From Hypanus sabinus (Eukaryota): a stretch of 64,000 nt of DNA. The notes under the pieces are model-generated. The model was given only the letters and a program-made list of their open reading frames with translations. It was not told the DNA's origin and made no database searches. Where the stretch lies: NCBI RefSeq assembly GCF_030144855.1, contig NC_082715.1, positions 135,098,001-135,162,000 of the forward strand, in the 5' to 3' direction. A program made the position numbers and the translations under genes. The stretch's first letter is position 1. Every line of letters starts with the position of its first letter. Positions 1 to 13,479 of the stretch are shown piece by piece.

Positions 1-1440
1 ATAAAAGGTCACACCTTCAGCACCGGACGCAGTGTACCACACCAGCCGACTCACAGGTGAAATGTTGCCTCACCTGGAAGGACTGTCTGGGGCCCGGAAT
101 GGTGGTGAGGGAGGAAGTGTAAGGACAGGTGTAGCACTTGATCTGCTTACAAGGATAAGTGCCAGGAGGGAGATCAGTAGGAAGGGATGGGGGTTGGAAT
201 GAATGGGCAAGGGAGTTGCGTAGTGAGCAATCCTGGCAGAAAGCAGAAGGGGGGGGGGGGGGGAAGGGAAAGATGTGCTTGGTAGTAGGATCCCATTGGA
301 GGTGGCAGAAGTTACGGAGAATTATATGTTGAACCCAGAGGCTGGTGGGGTGGCAGGTGAGAACAAGGGGAACCCTATCCCAAGCGGGGTGGCGGGTGGA
401 TGGGGTGAGGGCAGATGTGCGTGAAATGGAAAAGATGTGTTTGAGAGCAGAGTTGATGATGGAGAAAGGGAAGCCCCTTTGTTTATAAAAGAAAGACATC
501 TCCTTTGTCGTGGAATGAAAAGCCTCATCCTGAGAGCAGATGCAGTTTAGACGGAGGAATTGCGAGAAGGGAAAAGCATGTTTGCAAGAGACAGGGTGGG
601 AAGAGGAATAGTCCAGGTAGCTGTGAGAGCCAGTAGGTTTTCACCAGATACCAGTAGATAAGCCATCTCCAGAGATGGAGACAGAAAGATCAAGAAAGGG
701 GAGGGTGAAAGTTGGAGGCAAAATTAATGAAGTCATTGAGCTCAGCATGTGTGCAGGAGGCAGCGCCAATGCAGTCGTCGATTTAGCGAAGGAAAAGAGG
801 GGGGCGGATACCCGTATAGGCTTGGAACATGGACTGTTCCACAAAGCCAACAAAAAGACAGGCATAGCTGGGACCCAAACAGGTGTCCATGGCTACATCC
901 TTGGTTTGGAGGAAGTCTGAGGAGCCAATGGAGAAATTATTGAGAGTAAGGACTAATTCCGCTAGACGTTGGAGAGTGATGGTAGAGGGGAACTGGTTAG
1001 GTCTAGAATCGAAAAAGAAGCAAAAAGCTTTGAGACCATCCTGGTGGGGGATGGAGGTATATAGGGACTGGACGTCCTTGGTGAAAATAAGGTGGTGAGG
1101 GCCCGGGAACTTAAAATCATTGAAAAAATTCAAAGCATGAGAAGTGTCACGAACATAGGTGGGAAGGGATTGAACAAGGGAGGATAAAACAGTGTCAAGG
1201 TATGCAGAAATTAGTTTGGTGGGGCAGGAGCAAGTTGAGACAATGGGTCTCCCTGGGCAGGCAGGTTGCTGGTTCTTGGGTAGGAGGTAGAAACGGGAAG
1301 TCGGGGTGTGGGAACTATGAGGTTGGTGGCAGTGGATGAGAGATCCCCAGAGCTGATAAGGTTGATGATGGTATGGGAGGCAGTAGCCTGGTGCTCCTTA
1401 GTGGGGTCATGATAGAAGGGTAAATAAGAGGATATATCAG
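1..1440 (-). mobile_element. Penelope-like retroelement (RT + GIY-YIG), degraded
   Basis: Minus-strand ORFs give RT motifs (KDVQSLYTSIPHQDGL; TKDVAMDTCLGPSYACLFVG) and the Cys-rich linker/GIY-YIG start (PCKQIKCYTCPY...RQHFTCESAGVVHCVRC). Confidence 0.9.
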
Positions 1441-1442
1441 CC

Positions 1443-1870
1443 AGTTGTCAGCCATGATTGTCTCTTTACCCAGAAATCCCCACGAATAAGATACCCATCT
1501 ATCCGTCACGCTTCCAGTACTGCGCATGCGCAGTAGAAATGGCGTTGACACCATTGCATATCAGCAAAAATCAAAGTGGAGTCCGAATCGGGAGGTGGAG
1601 CTGACAGAGAGAAAGGACCGAGACTGTACCAAATTTACGAGGCCACCATATTACCAGAACTCACAGGAGTTTTCCCTTCGCCGCGGTGCCGACACCAATA
1701 CTGACGGATCCCCAAGCCGCAGCCCGCCTGCGGCCGATTCACCAGGGCCGTTTGTCCGCTGAGTCCTGCGCATGCGCAATTCTGGGACCTTTCCGCACCC
1801 CTTACGCCTGCGCAGTTGATCGATGGGTCACTGACGGTGAAATGTGAATCTCTGCGCTGTTGGGAGCAAC
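1443..1870 (-). promoter_or_regulatory. ZNF-type CpG promoter + non-coding exon 1, copy A (points left, out of window)
   Basis: TGCGCATGCGCA (NRF1) at 1521-1532, inside an 18-bp palindrome 1518-1535, and again at 1767-1778. AAATGGCG (YY1-like) at ~1537. Minus-strand donor CTGG|GTAAAG at 1469. Reverse-complement paralog of 15480-15915 and 22780-23190. Confidence 0.7.
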
Positions 1871-2459
1871 TAACACAAAATGCTGGAGCAACTCAGGCCT
1901 CGGCCTGAAATAGCAACACTTCCACACTTAATAATATTATATACGATCACCCTGAGCGTCCTGCGTTCAAAGGAAAATAAGCTATGACGGAAACGGAGAA
2001 CACTTGGTGCACGCGCACACACACATTCTTGCAGTTCTGCTGTCATTTTTATAAGGTCTTGGTTTTATGGTACTTCCCCGCCATACACAGGGGAATATTC
2101 TTTTTCTTTAGTAATCAGATGTGCAAATGTGTATATATTGCTTGTGTGCTGTATGTAACGTCGATACTTTTGTTTATTTTGTAATATGATTGTGGCGTGC
2201 AGCGTCTAAATCGTGTGCAGTCTTCCTTTAACTGTGCATAATTGACAGGGATCTTTGCTGTCAGAGATCGAGCTGCGATGAGTTCACACTGGACAAATAG
2301 TATGGAATTATTTATTGTGTCATGGTAGATATCTTATTGTAAATATTGGCAGTTTTCGCTAATTTTTGTAAGCTTAATTTTTGACACACTGAAGTGCAAA
2401 GCGACTTCAGCCGTTTTTTCGCTTTGGTCAGAACCCACTCCTTTTACACAGTTGCAGCG

Positions 2460-2934
2460 TATCCGGCTTTCCTTTATAACTCAAGCTCGCCAGTCCTGGT
2501 ACGAATCTTTTCTGCATCCTTTCCAACTTAACAACATCCTTTCTGTAGCTGTGAGACTGGAACTATGTGCAATATTCCAGGTGTGGAATCACTAAGGGTA
2601 TTTACGAGAATGGTTCAAGGATTGAAAGGTTTATCATATGAAAAATGTTCGGTGGCTCTGTGCCTGTACTCGCTGGAATTCAGAAGAATGACGGGGAATC
2701 TCCTTGAAATCAATTGAATGGTGATTTCCTTCAGTGGGGCGCAGCTCCAGAATAAAGGGGCATCCTTTTAGAAAGGGGAGGAGGAGGAATTTCTTTATTC
2801 AGTTAGTAATGAACCTGTAGATCTAGTTGCCACAGGCAGCAGTCGAGACCAGGTCATTGGGTATTTTTAAATTGGAAGTTGATGGATTCTTAATAAGTGA
2901 GGCCTTGAAAGGTTATGGGGAGAAGGCAGGAGAA
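2460..2934. mobile_element. old CR1 3' fragment with internal inversion; mirror copy of ~14313-14845
   Basis: CR1 ORF2 C-terminal sequence; reverse-complement match to 14313-14845, including the same inversion junction. Confidence 0.7.
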
Positions 2935-2936
2935 AA

Positions 2937-5350
2937 CGCTTAATGTTACAGGCCAGACAGCTCCAGGAAAGGATGATAAAAGTATATGTTATTGTATGTT
3001 TAAACTTGTGGCTGACAGTTCCATTGGGATAACAAAAATTTTGAATTGTATTTGGAGTTTAGGCCATCTTCCGTCCTCATGGAAAATGGCAGTAGTAGTT
3101 CCTATTCTAAAACCTGGGAAACCCCTGCTGGATCATTGCAATTATAGACCAATATCACTAACATCCCATTTGTGTAGACTTGTGTAAGGTATAGTAATAG
3201 AGCAGTTGAATTATATTTTGGAAAAGAGATGATAGTGTTTTATCAGAGCAGATTTCAGAAAGGGGGTATGGCATTGGATTCAGTTTTGTGTTTGGAAGAT
3301 GATATTCAGAAAGCGTAATTAAAGAAGTTGGAGTAGCAGTATTATTTGATATTGATAAAAAAAACTGATACCTTTATGGAGTGATGGTCTTTTGATTACA
3401 TTATGGAAATTAGTTTTTTTATTATTTGGACCATCAATGCAGGAAGGGTAGGAAAAATGTATTTAGATTTCTATGAGATGGAGAATAGGACCCCACAAGG
3501 AATTATTTGTAGCCCTTTATTGGTTAATATTATGATTAATGATTTTTTTTGAAATGGGTACTTGGGTGGGTAATCAATTTTTGCATATGTATTATAGTGG
3601 AGAGGTAAAATTTTCAATTTGACTGCAGTTAAAGTCAAACAGTAGACAACTATATGTGTGTTTATGTTTCAGTAGCTAAAATACAAGTTACGTGTTTTAC
3701 AAAGAAGATCAATAGACCTGCACTTGATTTGAAATTGTTTGGACAAACTCTTGAAGAGCCAGTGGTAAGATTCCTCAGCATGTGGCTGGATAACAAACTG
3801 GCATGAAAGTGCCATATCAGTAAAGTAATTGATAAATCAAAAAGGACATTAAATATCCCTGGATGTCTATGTGAGTCTTCTTGGGGTGCTACATGAAAAT
3901 CTCTGATCATTTATTTGTTTAATTAGATCTCTGCTTGATTAAGTCTTACGAATCAGCTTCATCTTCAATTTAAAATGCTTGGATGTGATACAAGCACAGG
4001 CTTTAAGACTGTGTTATGGTGCAGTAAGATCATCTCCAATTTTGGCTTTACAGTTTGAAATGAGACAATTACCCGTACAGTTGTGGAGGTTGAAGTTGTT
4101 AACATACTGGATTAATTTGAGGGGGCAGAGAACTGATCGCCCTGTTAAGTGTTTTGCAAACTGTTCACAACATTACAAGAAGAGTTTTTAGTTCTGCGTG
4201 GCTGGGTTCTTATCACACTAGGAAAATGGGTTTGCTGGATTATGCAATATGTCCCACTAGCTTTTTCAGTAACCCTACCTTGGTTTTTTCCCCCAATGAA
4301 TTTAGTTGATTTTTAGGTGGCGCATGATTTAATGAAATCTAAGATCCTGATATGTTTGACAGTCTAGGTTCATCAGTATGTTAAAGAAAATTTTTATTAT
4401 ATGCTAATCATTTCTACTAATGGGTCAAAAGATAATTTAACAGGGAATGTGGTTGTGGGTATTTTTGTGCCTGAATTACAGGTAACAATAAAGAAACATC
4501 TTGACCATCTATCAGTGTACACAGCCACAGCAGAACTGGTTGCCATAATTTTGGGCTTACTGTGGGTTGAGGAAATCTGTCTTTTCAACGTTGCAATTTG
4601 TTCATGTTCTTTTTTGGTTTTATTAGTCATTCTATCAGTAGGCGAGATTTACTGCTGGAAGCTCTTCAAATTTCATTTTATATTCTAAGTATTGGTTTAC
4701 AAATCACCTTGTGGGTCCCTGTACATAGACGTGTTGAGGGGAACGAGCAGTTTGATTGTTTGGCCACAGAAGCTGTTAAAAGTCCAACTGTGGATGTAAA
4801 CCTTCCACTTAGCAAACCAGAATCTAAGGTGTTGGTGAGGCTAAGAATTGGAGGATGATGGCAAAATTTGTGGGATAATGGACATCAGTGGAGACACTGT
4901 ACAGATTATGTAAACTGCTGGATTAATGGGGAAAGGGGTAAAACAAGAAATTATATTGACTTGGAATTTGGCACAGCATATTTAAGTATATCTTGTATCT
5001 TCTTGGAAAACACCACTATGGGATGTAATTAAGTTGTTGTAATTATGAAACAGTTGAACACATTTTTTACAATATGAAGTATACAAGGATGAAAGAAAGG
5101 AAATGCAGACTGCACTACTATCTTTGGGGGTTGATAGGATTCATTTAAATACATTACAAAGTTATGGAAGTGACTTTAATTTAATTCACAATATTGTCTT
5201 TCATTATTTACAATCTATAGATTTTGTGGGTAACTTTGTTTTCATTTGATAAAGAACTAGTAGGGATTTTATTTCCCAACTCTACACCACACTCCAGTCC
5301 AGTTGGTGGCGGTAATGCACTTTATGTTGGACTGCCAACCGCCATTAAAA
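2937..5350 (+). mobile_element. Nimb/I-clade LINE, 3' half (RT, RNase H, 3' terminus), degraded
   Basis: TAPGKD, WKMAVVVPILKPGK, YRPISLTS; RNase H remnants STNGSKD, TAELVAI, WVPVHRRVEGNEQFD. 3' end CCACACTCCAGTCCAGTTGGTGGCGGTAATGCAC...CCAACCGCCATTAAAA is typical of Nimb elements. Confidence 0.8.
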
Positions 5351-5351
5351 G

Positions 5352-5910
5352 TTGTCAGAAGGTTACATGGGGTCATTTGTTCGTGTTCTTAGGCCCAAAG
5401 AGATGCACCTTGGAGGAATATATAAAGGAAGCTTCATTCGGTGGTCATCCTCACCTGCGGGTGCAGGTTTCTTCTTCGTACAAAAGAAATACAGGAGCCT
5501 GCGGCCGCGCATTTGTTATAACGGATTAAACTGCATAATGACCGAGAATTGCTACCCCTTCTTCTTACGAGCGTATTCACAAAATTAGACCTCTGAGAGC
5601 CTACCATCTGGTCCATATCAAGGAGGGCAATGAGTGGAAGTCAATATTCAGTACACCAACAGCACACTATAAATACCGGGTTACGTATGCCCTTTGGCCT
5701 TGTGAACACCTCAGCCTTTTTCCAAGCAATTATGAACTTCATGCTCTGGGACACTTCCCAAAAGAATGCCTGCATTGACTTGGATGATATCCTAATCTTC
5801 TCCAAGTCCTCCATGGTGGAGCATATCACGCATGTCAGAGACATTTTAAAGAGGCTACTGGATCATGGACTTTGTCAAGTTGGGGAAGTCAGAGTTTCAG
5901 ATGATCATTT
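5352..5910 (+). mobile_element. Ty3/gypsy RT fragment
   Basis: [43 protein letters not shown]. Confidence 0.85.
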
Positions 5911-7498
5911 CATTTTTGAGTTTCAAATATATAATTCAACTGCTCTATTACGGTACGTTACACAAGTCCACACAAATAGGATGTTAGTGATACTGGTCTA
6001 AAACCAGAACGATCCAGCAGGGGTTTCCCAGGTTTCAGAATATGCACTACTACTGTCATTTTCCATGAGGACGGAAGATGGCCTAAACTCCAAATACGAT
6101 TCAAAAATTTTGTTATCCCAATGGAACTGTCAGCCACAAATTTAAATGTACAATAACATATACTTGTATCATCCTTTCCTGAAGCTGTCTGGCCCGTATC
6201 ATTAATCATTTTCTTAAATTCACACGAAGAAAACTCTACATCACGAGCATTGCTACTGCCAGATTCCAACACATCAGGGTATTCACTTAGAGCTTTATCC
6301 CTACATTGTTTAGCCTCTTCACTTAAATGGTCTTGATTATGAATTGACCAAGCTAGAAACTCAACCTTCTCAATTTCAGTAACAATCATTATCTTTAATA
6401 CTTGAATGTTATTAGCTCTATCAATCCATCCACACTGCCCATTTTCTTAATAATTTCCCCAAACAGCTCCAAGTTTAGTATCCCTTCAAATGCTAACACA
6501 ATATGACCTCCAGTAAACCTTATTCACAACTTTCACCACTTTTCTCACCACAGCCTGTGCCCTTTTATTCTTAACTGGTATCACTCTCCAAGTGACCTTA
6601 TTAACTTTCCTAAGTATCTTATTTCTCTCTCTAATTGCCTCTGCACACTCATCAGTCCACCATGGTACAGCCTTTCTCCTATTAGAGGTCCTTTTTAATA
6701 GGGATCACTTCCACCACAGTTTGGTGAATAATGTGACATAACCTTTCATTGCAAAAATCCACACTGTCCTCAACATTCAGCCCTGAAAGATGTTCATCAC
6801 ATAAAATCTTACACTTCTCCCAATTTGCTTTATCACAATTCCACCTCCTAAAAGTGGCCTCCTGTCCCCTATACAAATCCAAAACCAAGGTTATAAATAC
6901 AGGAAAATGATCACTCAGTGTTTCATCTCCCATGACATCCCTCTCATTCACTCCAGCCAGAATGTTCTAAACTAAAGTTAAATCCATAGCAATTTCATAA
7001 CTATTAATGCATGTCCCTCCCATCATTAACACACACAAGATTGAAAATACCCAAAAAAGTTCTACAATCATTCTCTGAACAACAGTGAACTATGTGTGTT
7101 AAAATCCCCACACCATACAAACCTTAGTGAGCTTGAACTACATATGCTTTGCAACAAATCAGTTGAAAGCTTACCATAAGGGTTTACCACTTCAAAGTGG
7201 GCTTTTGAATCGGGAGCAAGTTACAGCTTGTGATTCAGCTGGGAGCTCAGAGAATTCGACCGTGCAGGTAGGATTTAAGCCTACCTGGTCAATACCTGTG
7301 GAGGAGGGGGAACTGTGCAGGCGCGAGTGACGTCAGCGTCGAGCGGGCAGCGGAGTCCGTGGTAGCAGAGTCCTGGGCTTTGGCTAAGTGGGCTTCGGCG
7401 TTAGGGGACTTAGGTAAGCTTGTGTGATTGCTCGCTGAGGGGAAGAAGGTAAGGTCGCTAGGTGCTTTTTAGACTTATTCTATTAATCCAGTTCAGGT

Positions 7499-8446
7499 AT
7501 GGGGGAGACAGTCAGAGCAGTGGTGTGCTCCGTATGCAGTATGTGGGAGGTCAGGGTCAACACAGTTGTCCCTGATGACCACACCTGCAAAAGGTGCGTC
7601 CAGCTGCAGCTCCTATCAGACCGAGTTAGGGAGTTGGAGCAGGAGCTGGATGAACTACGGATCATTCGGGAGGCGGAGGCAGAGATAGATTGGAGTTATC
7701 AGGAGGTAGTCACACCAAAAAACCAAGAAGTAGGCAGATGGGTGACGGTCCAGAGAGGCAGGGGGAGCAGGCAGAGAGAGCAGAGCACCCCTGCGGCCAT
7801 TCCCATTAACAATAAGTATACCGTACTGGATACTGTTGATGGGGATGACCTACCAGGAATGAGTTGTAGTGGTCCTGCCTCTGGCACAGAGGTTGAACCC
7901 TCAACTAGAAAGGGGAGGAGGGAAGAGAAGAGAGCGATAGTTTTAGGGGACTCTATAGTTAGGGGGGCAGATAGGAGATTTTGTGGGGCAGATCGGGAGT
8001 CTCGGATGGAATGATGCCTCCCTGGTGCCAGGGTCCGGGACATCTCAGATCGGGTGCAGGCTATTCTTGAGAGTGAGGGCATGAACCCAGATGTAGTGGT
8101 CCATGTAGGGACCAATGATGTAGGTAAGGTGAGTGAGGGGGTCCTGCTTAGAGAGTTCAGGGAGTTAGGAGTGAAGCTGAAAGGCAGGACCTCCAGGGTT
8201 ACAATCTCGGGATTGCTACCTGTGCCACGTGCGAGTGAGGCGAAGAATAGAATGATTATGCACATTAATACGAGGCTGAGAGCATGGTGCAGGAAGGAAG
8301 GGTTCAGGTTTTTGGATAATTGGTCTTTGTTCCAGGGACATTGGGATCTGTTTCGAAGGGATGGTCTACATCTGAACCGGAGGGGTACTAACATTCTTGC
8401 AGGAGTATTTGCCAGTGCTGCTCGGGGGGGGGGGGGTTTAAACTAG
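7499..8446 (+). pseudogene. CR1 ORF1 (Zn finger, leucine zipper, SGNH esterase) with in-frame TGA at 8012-8014
   Basis: CSVC...CKRC, LxxxVxELExEL, VLGDSIVRG, VVHVGTND, DGLHLN. ORFs 7499-8014 and 8054-8446 are in the same frame. Confidence 0.9.
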
Positions 8447-8448
8447 AT

Positions 8449-11410
8449 GTGCAGGGGGCAGGGATCCAGATCCAGAGGGTTGGTCAGAAGGTGCATGGGG
8501 TTAAATGTGTACAAGGTTTGGGTGATCTTGAGAAGGTCATCAAAATTCAGGGTGCAATTTGCCCGATGGAAGTTCAAGGAGCTGGGTTAGGTACAGTAGA
8601 CAGTGTTTTAAGCAAAGAGAGGAGGAATGGGCTAAGAATTCTATACTTGAATGCGTGTAGTGTCAGAAATAAGACAGATGAGCTTGAAGCTCAGATGAAA
8701 ATGGGGAGCTACGATATTGTTGGGATAACGGAGACATGGCTGCAAGGGGATCAGGCCTGGGAATTGAGTGTACCAGGGTATACGTGCTATCGTAGAGACA
8801 GAAATATGGGAAGAGGGGGTGGGGTGGCCCTGTTGGTGAGGAATGAGATTCAGTCCTTAGCAAGAGGTGACTTGGGAACAGGGGAAGTAGAGTCTGTGTG
8901 GATTGAGCTGAGGAACAGTAAGGATAAAAAGACCCTTATGGGTGTTGTGTACAGGCCCCCAAACAGTAGCGTGGATATTGGGTACAAGTTGATTAGGGAG
9001 TTAACATTGGCATGTGCTAAAGGTAATGCAGTCGTTATGGGAGATTTCAACATGCAGGTGGACTGGGAGAATCAGGTAGGTGCTGGACCCCAGGATAGGG
9101 AGTTTGTGGAGTGTCTAAGGGATGTATTTTTGGAACAGCTTGTGCTTGAGCCAACCAGGAACGAGGCTATTTTGGACTTGGTGATGTGTAATGCACAGGA
9201 ATTGATAAGTGATCTTGAAGTAAAGGAGCCATTAGGAAGTAGTGATCATAACATGATAAGTTTTTATCTACAATTTGAGAGGGATAGGGGCAGATCAGAG
9301 GTGTCAATGTTGCAATTAAATAAAGGAGACTACGGAGCCATGAGGGAAGAGCTGGCCAAAGTTAAATGGGCGGATGCCCTGGCAGGAAAGACAGTGGATC
9401 AGCATTGGCAGATATTCTTGGGCATAATACAAAAGATGCAAAAGCAGTTCATTCCAATGAGAAGGAAGGATTCAAAGAGGGGAAAGGGGCCACAGTGGTT
9501 GACAAAGGAAGTCAGAGATTGAATAGCATTAAAGAAAAAGAAGAATGACAGGGCTAAGATGAGTGGGAATACAGATGATTGGGAAAGTTTTAAGGAACAG
9601 CAGATCTTAACTAAAAAAGCAATACGGAGAGAAAAAATCAGGTATGAGCTCAGTCTAGCCAGGAATATAAAAGGGGATAGCAAAAGCTTTTTTAGCTATG
9701 TGAAGAGAAAGAAGATAGTTAAGAACAATGTTGGCCCCTTGAAGAATGAATTGGGAGAAATTGTTATGGGAAACAGGGAAATGGCAACAGAATTTAATGC
9801 GTACTTTAGATCTGTCTTCACCAGGGAGGACACAAGCAATCTCCCAGATGTATGGATGGGCCAGGGTCATAAGATATCAGAGGAATTGAGACAGATTGAC
9901 ATTAGGAAAGAAACTGTGATGAGTAGACTGGTAGGACTGAAGGCTAATAAATCCCCAGGTCCAGATGGTCTGCATCCGAGGGTTCTAAAAGAGGTGGCCA
10001 AGGAAATTGCGGATGCATTGGTAATCATTTTCCAATGTTCCTTAGATTCAGGATCAGTTCCTGAAGATTGGAGAGTGGCTAATGTTATCCCACTTTTCAA
10101 GAAGGGAGGGAAGGAGAAAACGGAGAACTATCGCCCTGTTAGCCTAACGTCAGTCGTGGGGAAGATGCTTGAGTCCATTATTAAGGACGAAATAGTGGCA
10201 CATCTTGATGGCAGAAATAGGATTAGGCCGAGCCAGCATGGATTTACCAAGGGCAAATCATGCTTGACTAATCTGTTGGAGTTTTTTGAGGGTGTAACAA
10301 GGATGTTAGACGAGGGTAAGCCAGTGGATGTTGTGTACCTAGATTTTCAGAAGGCATTCGATAAGGTGCCACATAGGAGATTGGTGAGTAAAATCAGAGC
10401 TCATGGCATTGGGGGCAGGGTTTCAACATGGATAGAAAACTGGTTGGCAGATAGAAAGCAAAGGGTAGCAGTGAATGGGTGTTTCTCGGACTGGCTGGAG
10501 GTGACTAGTGGGGTACCACAGGACTCTGTATTGGGACCACAGCTCTTTACGATTTATGTCAACGATTTAGATGAGGGCATTGAAAACTATATCAGCAAGT
10601 TTGCTGACAATACTAAACTGGGTGGCAGTGTGACATGCGAAGAGGACGTTAGGAGAATACAGGGAGACTTGGATAGGCTGGGTGAGTGGGCAGATACTTG
10701 GCAGATGTCATTCAATGTGAATAAATGTGAAGTTATCCACTTTGGAAGCTGGAACAAGAGGGCAGAGTATTGTCTGAACGGTGTCGAGTTAGGTAAGGGA
10801 GAAATGCAAAGAGACCTAGGAGTCCTAGTTCACCAGTCAATGAAGGTGAATGAGCAAGTGCAACAGGCAGTGAAGAGGGCAAATGGAATGTTGGCCTTTG
10901 TTACAAGGGGAATTGAATACAAGAGCAAGGATGTTCTTTTGCATTTGTACAGGGCCCTGGTGAGACCACACCTGGAATATTGTGTACAGTTTTGGTCTCC
11001 AGGTTTAAGGAAGGACATTCTGGCAATTGAGGAAGTGCAGCATAGATTCACTAGGTTGATTCCTGGGATGGCAGGGCTGTCTTACGCAGAGAGATTGGAG
11101 AGATTGGGCTTGTACACGCTGGAATTGAGGAGATTGAGAGGGGATCTGATTGAAACGTTTAAGATAATTAAAGGATTTGATAGGATTGAGGCAGGAAATA
11201 TGTTCCAGATGTTGGGAGAGTCCAGTACCAGAGGGCATGGATTGAGAATAAGAGGTCAGTTATTTAAAACAGTTGAGGAAGAGCTTCTTCTCCCAGAGAG
11301 TTGTGGAGGTGTGGAATGCACTACCTCGGAAGACGGTGGAGGCCAATTCTCTGGATGCTTTCAAGAAGGAGCTGGATAGATATCTGATGGATAGGGGAAT
11401 CAAGGGATAT
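8449..11410 (+). pseudogene. CR1 ORF2 (APE + RT) with stop at 9520-9522 and a frameshift near 11270
   Basis: GITETW, GDFN, SDH; KSPGPDG, YRPVSLTS, YLDFQKAFDKV, GVPQDSVLGP, KFADNTK. Confidence 0.93.
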
Positions 11411-13479
11411 GGGGACAAGGCAGGGACTGGGTATTGATAGTGAATGATCAGCCATGATCTCAGAATGGCGGTGCAGACTCGAGGGGCCGAATGGTCTACT
11501 TCTGCACCTATTTTCTATTGTCTAATACCCCTACCCACTGAATCAAATATTTCCACAATCAGTGCCACATACATATCATTCACATCCACAACTCTATATC
11601 TTACCCCATTCCTTATAAAACTAGCAACACCACTCTTTATTCTATCACACCTAATTACAATATAATCCTGCAAAGAAAAACTTAAATGTGGCAACAAACA
11701 GGTTTCTTGAATACATACAAGATCATATAGATTTGATAAATCAGAAACAAACTTTTTTAACTCTTGTCCATTAGAAATCAGGCTTCTCGCATTCCTTTGC
11801 AATATTCTTATGTGCATTATGTATATTCACAAGGAGACTGAAGTACAGATACCCCACCCATTAGAGCTTTATTTGCAGCTTCCCACATAACACCTGTCAC
11901 ACCCAGATACTTTTCAGCAGCTTTCACCATGGTTTTAATTTTCTCAGTATGACTTGATGTTTGAGCAGTACAATTCACCACATCCATTATGAACATCACA
12001 AACTTCATTTTATCAAAAAAAGTATCTTTAGTAAGAGAACTATGATGCAGTCATATAGCCTCCAACTTCACATTCTGTTCTCTGACTGGTAATACTTTAT
12101 CAACGTTTGGTTTAACTCTTTGCAAGGCCTCTGCACAAGACACACCTAACTGTACCTAAACCTACTGAACTTCAGCTGCCTCCTTAAGCACTTCACATCC
12201 TCCATAAGCTGCACCATGTTCTCTTCCACAATTACAATTCAACTTTATGCCTTCACAATCTTCATACTTCTGTTCCACACCACACTTAACTACATCTTAG
12301 TTTCCCATGACATACTGCTGCAACATGCACAGACCTCTGATATTTGTAAAATCTAAGTGAAGGTGGAATATAAGCTCATACATTACAAGTAACATATACC
12401 CCAAACTTTTATCATGGAACTTCACCTCAAAAATACAGCAATAGAGATAAACCATCCATCCTTTCCGCATTTCTGACAACTTGCAATCTCTTTACACCCT
12501 TAACCTTTCCTCCCAATAAATGAGATTTAACCTCTTGTGTCGAAATCTCCACCACAACACCCATTATGACATCCCCAATACCTCTGTTTTCATTGGGTAA
12601 CATAGATACTATCCTTTCTCCAAGTAAAGTTTTCAAAAGTAATGCCTTCTCACACTGTTTCTTACCTTACAAATGATTAACACTTTACCCCCTCTTAAAG
12701 TACGAACATAATCTATATTCCACGATGGCCAATTCTAACTCTGTAGATTACTTAATGGGATTGATAGAAGGCAGTTCCGTATCGATCTTAAACAATACCT
12801 TGAAGGATTCTTTTCTTCCCCCACCCCCCATATCCTGCCCCTCCTCTCCATCACTTGAAATCATTCCAACGTTATACTTCTTTTCCCGTTTTCCATATCT
12901 AGATTCAACTTTATTCCAACCTCCTCCTGCCAACCTGCACTCACCCGAACCCTCCATTTGCGGATCCTTTTCCAGACTCTTCCCCCCCCCCCATCTGAAC
13001 CTACAATACTTTCCAACATCCCCACACCATTCACAGTCAGCACCACCAACCACCACTCCTCCGAGTTAAAAAATCCACGGGATTTCTCAAAAGAGCCCAA
13101 CGAGCCGATACAGGCAATAAACTAATGGTCAGGTGTTCCTTAAGCACTCAATTCTGAGCACAAAACATGATTATCAATTAACGGGAACATCCTAAGCCCT
13201 TAAAGAGGCTGCGCCAGCTATCAATACTCTGGAGAGTTAGAGTATTGAATTCTCGGAAGCTGGCATGATTAGGAGTGTCTCGTAGCAATGGCATTATTGA
13301 AGCCATGATAGAAATATGGTGAGGGAGGGACAGAACTAGAAACTCACAGTTTCAAGGTATAGATGAAACATATGTGACAGAGTTAGAGATGAGAGAAGAG
13401 AGGCAGTTATGTTTTGGATCAGGGTGAACTCAGTTTATAAATAGGATATTCCTGAAGGATGGTCTGCTGAGACTATAGG

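Larger units (their letters stand above)
7187..11524 (+). mobile_element. near full-length young CR1 LINE, copy 1
   Basis: CpG-rich 5' UTR, ORF1, ORF2 and a 3' tail CTATTTTCTATTGTCTA; inserted in the Nimb APE region. Confidence 0.95.
5921..13110 (-). mobile_element. Nimb/I-clade LINE, 5' half (gag-like ORF1, APE, start of RT), interrupted by CR1
   Basis: ORF1 with decayed CCHC knuckles at ~12180-12340. APE motifs ILQRNARSL, VCIQET, WCGDFN, SDHFPV. TASGKD/FRPVSLTS at 5958-6200. The APE frame resumes on both sides of the CR1 at 7187-11524. Confidence 0.8.

Noticed and set aside
1526-1762. Similar short ORFs (MRSRNG...WSPNREV...YxNSQ) in the promoter copies as a conserved microprotein
   Set aside because: The ATG is just the centre of the NRF1 palindrome, copy C is frameshifted, the ends differ, and GC-rich DNA is poor in stops.
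8012-8014. Selenocysteine at the shared TGA (aligned to a Cys)
   Set aside because: No SECIS identified, the adjacent codon is also mutated, and TGT>TGA is a single substitution.
7699-8394. 231-aa antisense ORF (and its 223-aa twin at 23347-24018)
   Set aside because: Shadow of CR1 ORF1; the similarity only reflects the near-identical copies.
7180-11530. TSD around CR1 copy 1
   Set aside because: None found; a few Nimb codons seem to be missing instead, but the boundaries are too uncertain to claim a target deletion.
2937-13110. Twin-priming 5' inversion as the origin of the split Nimb
   Set aside because: The halves converge with the 3' half first and overlap by ~290 diverged bp, which fits inverted duplication plus deletion better.
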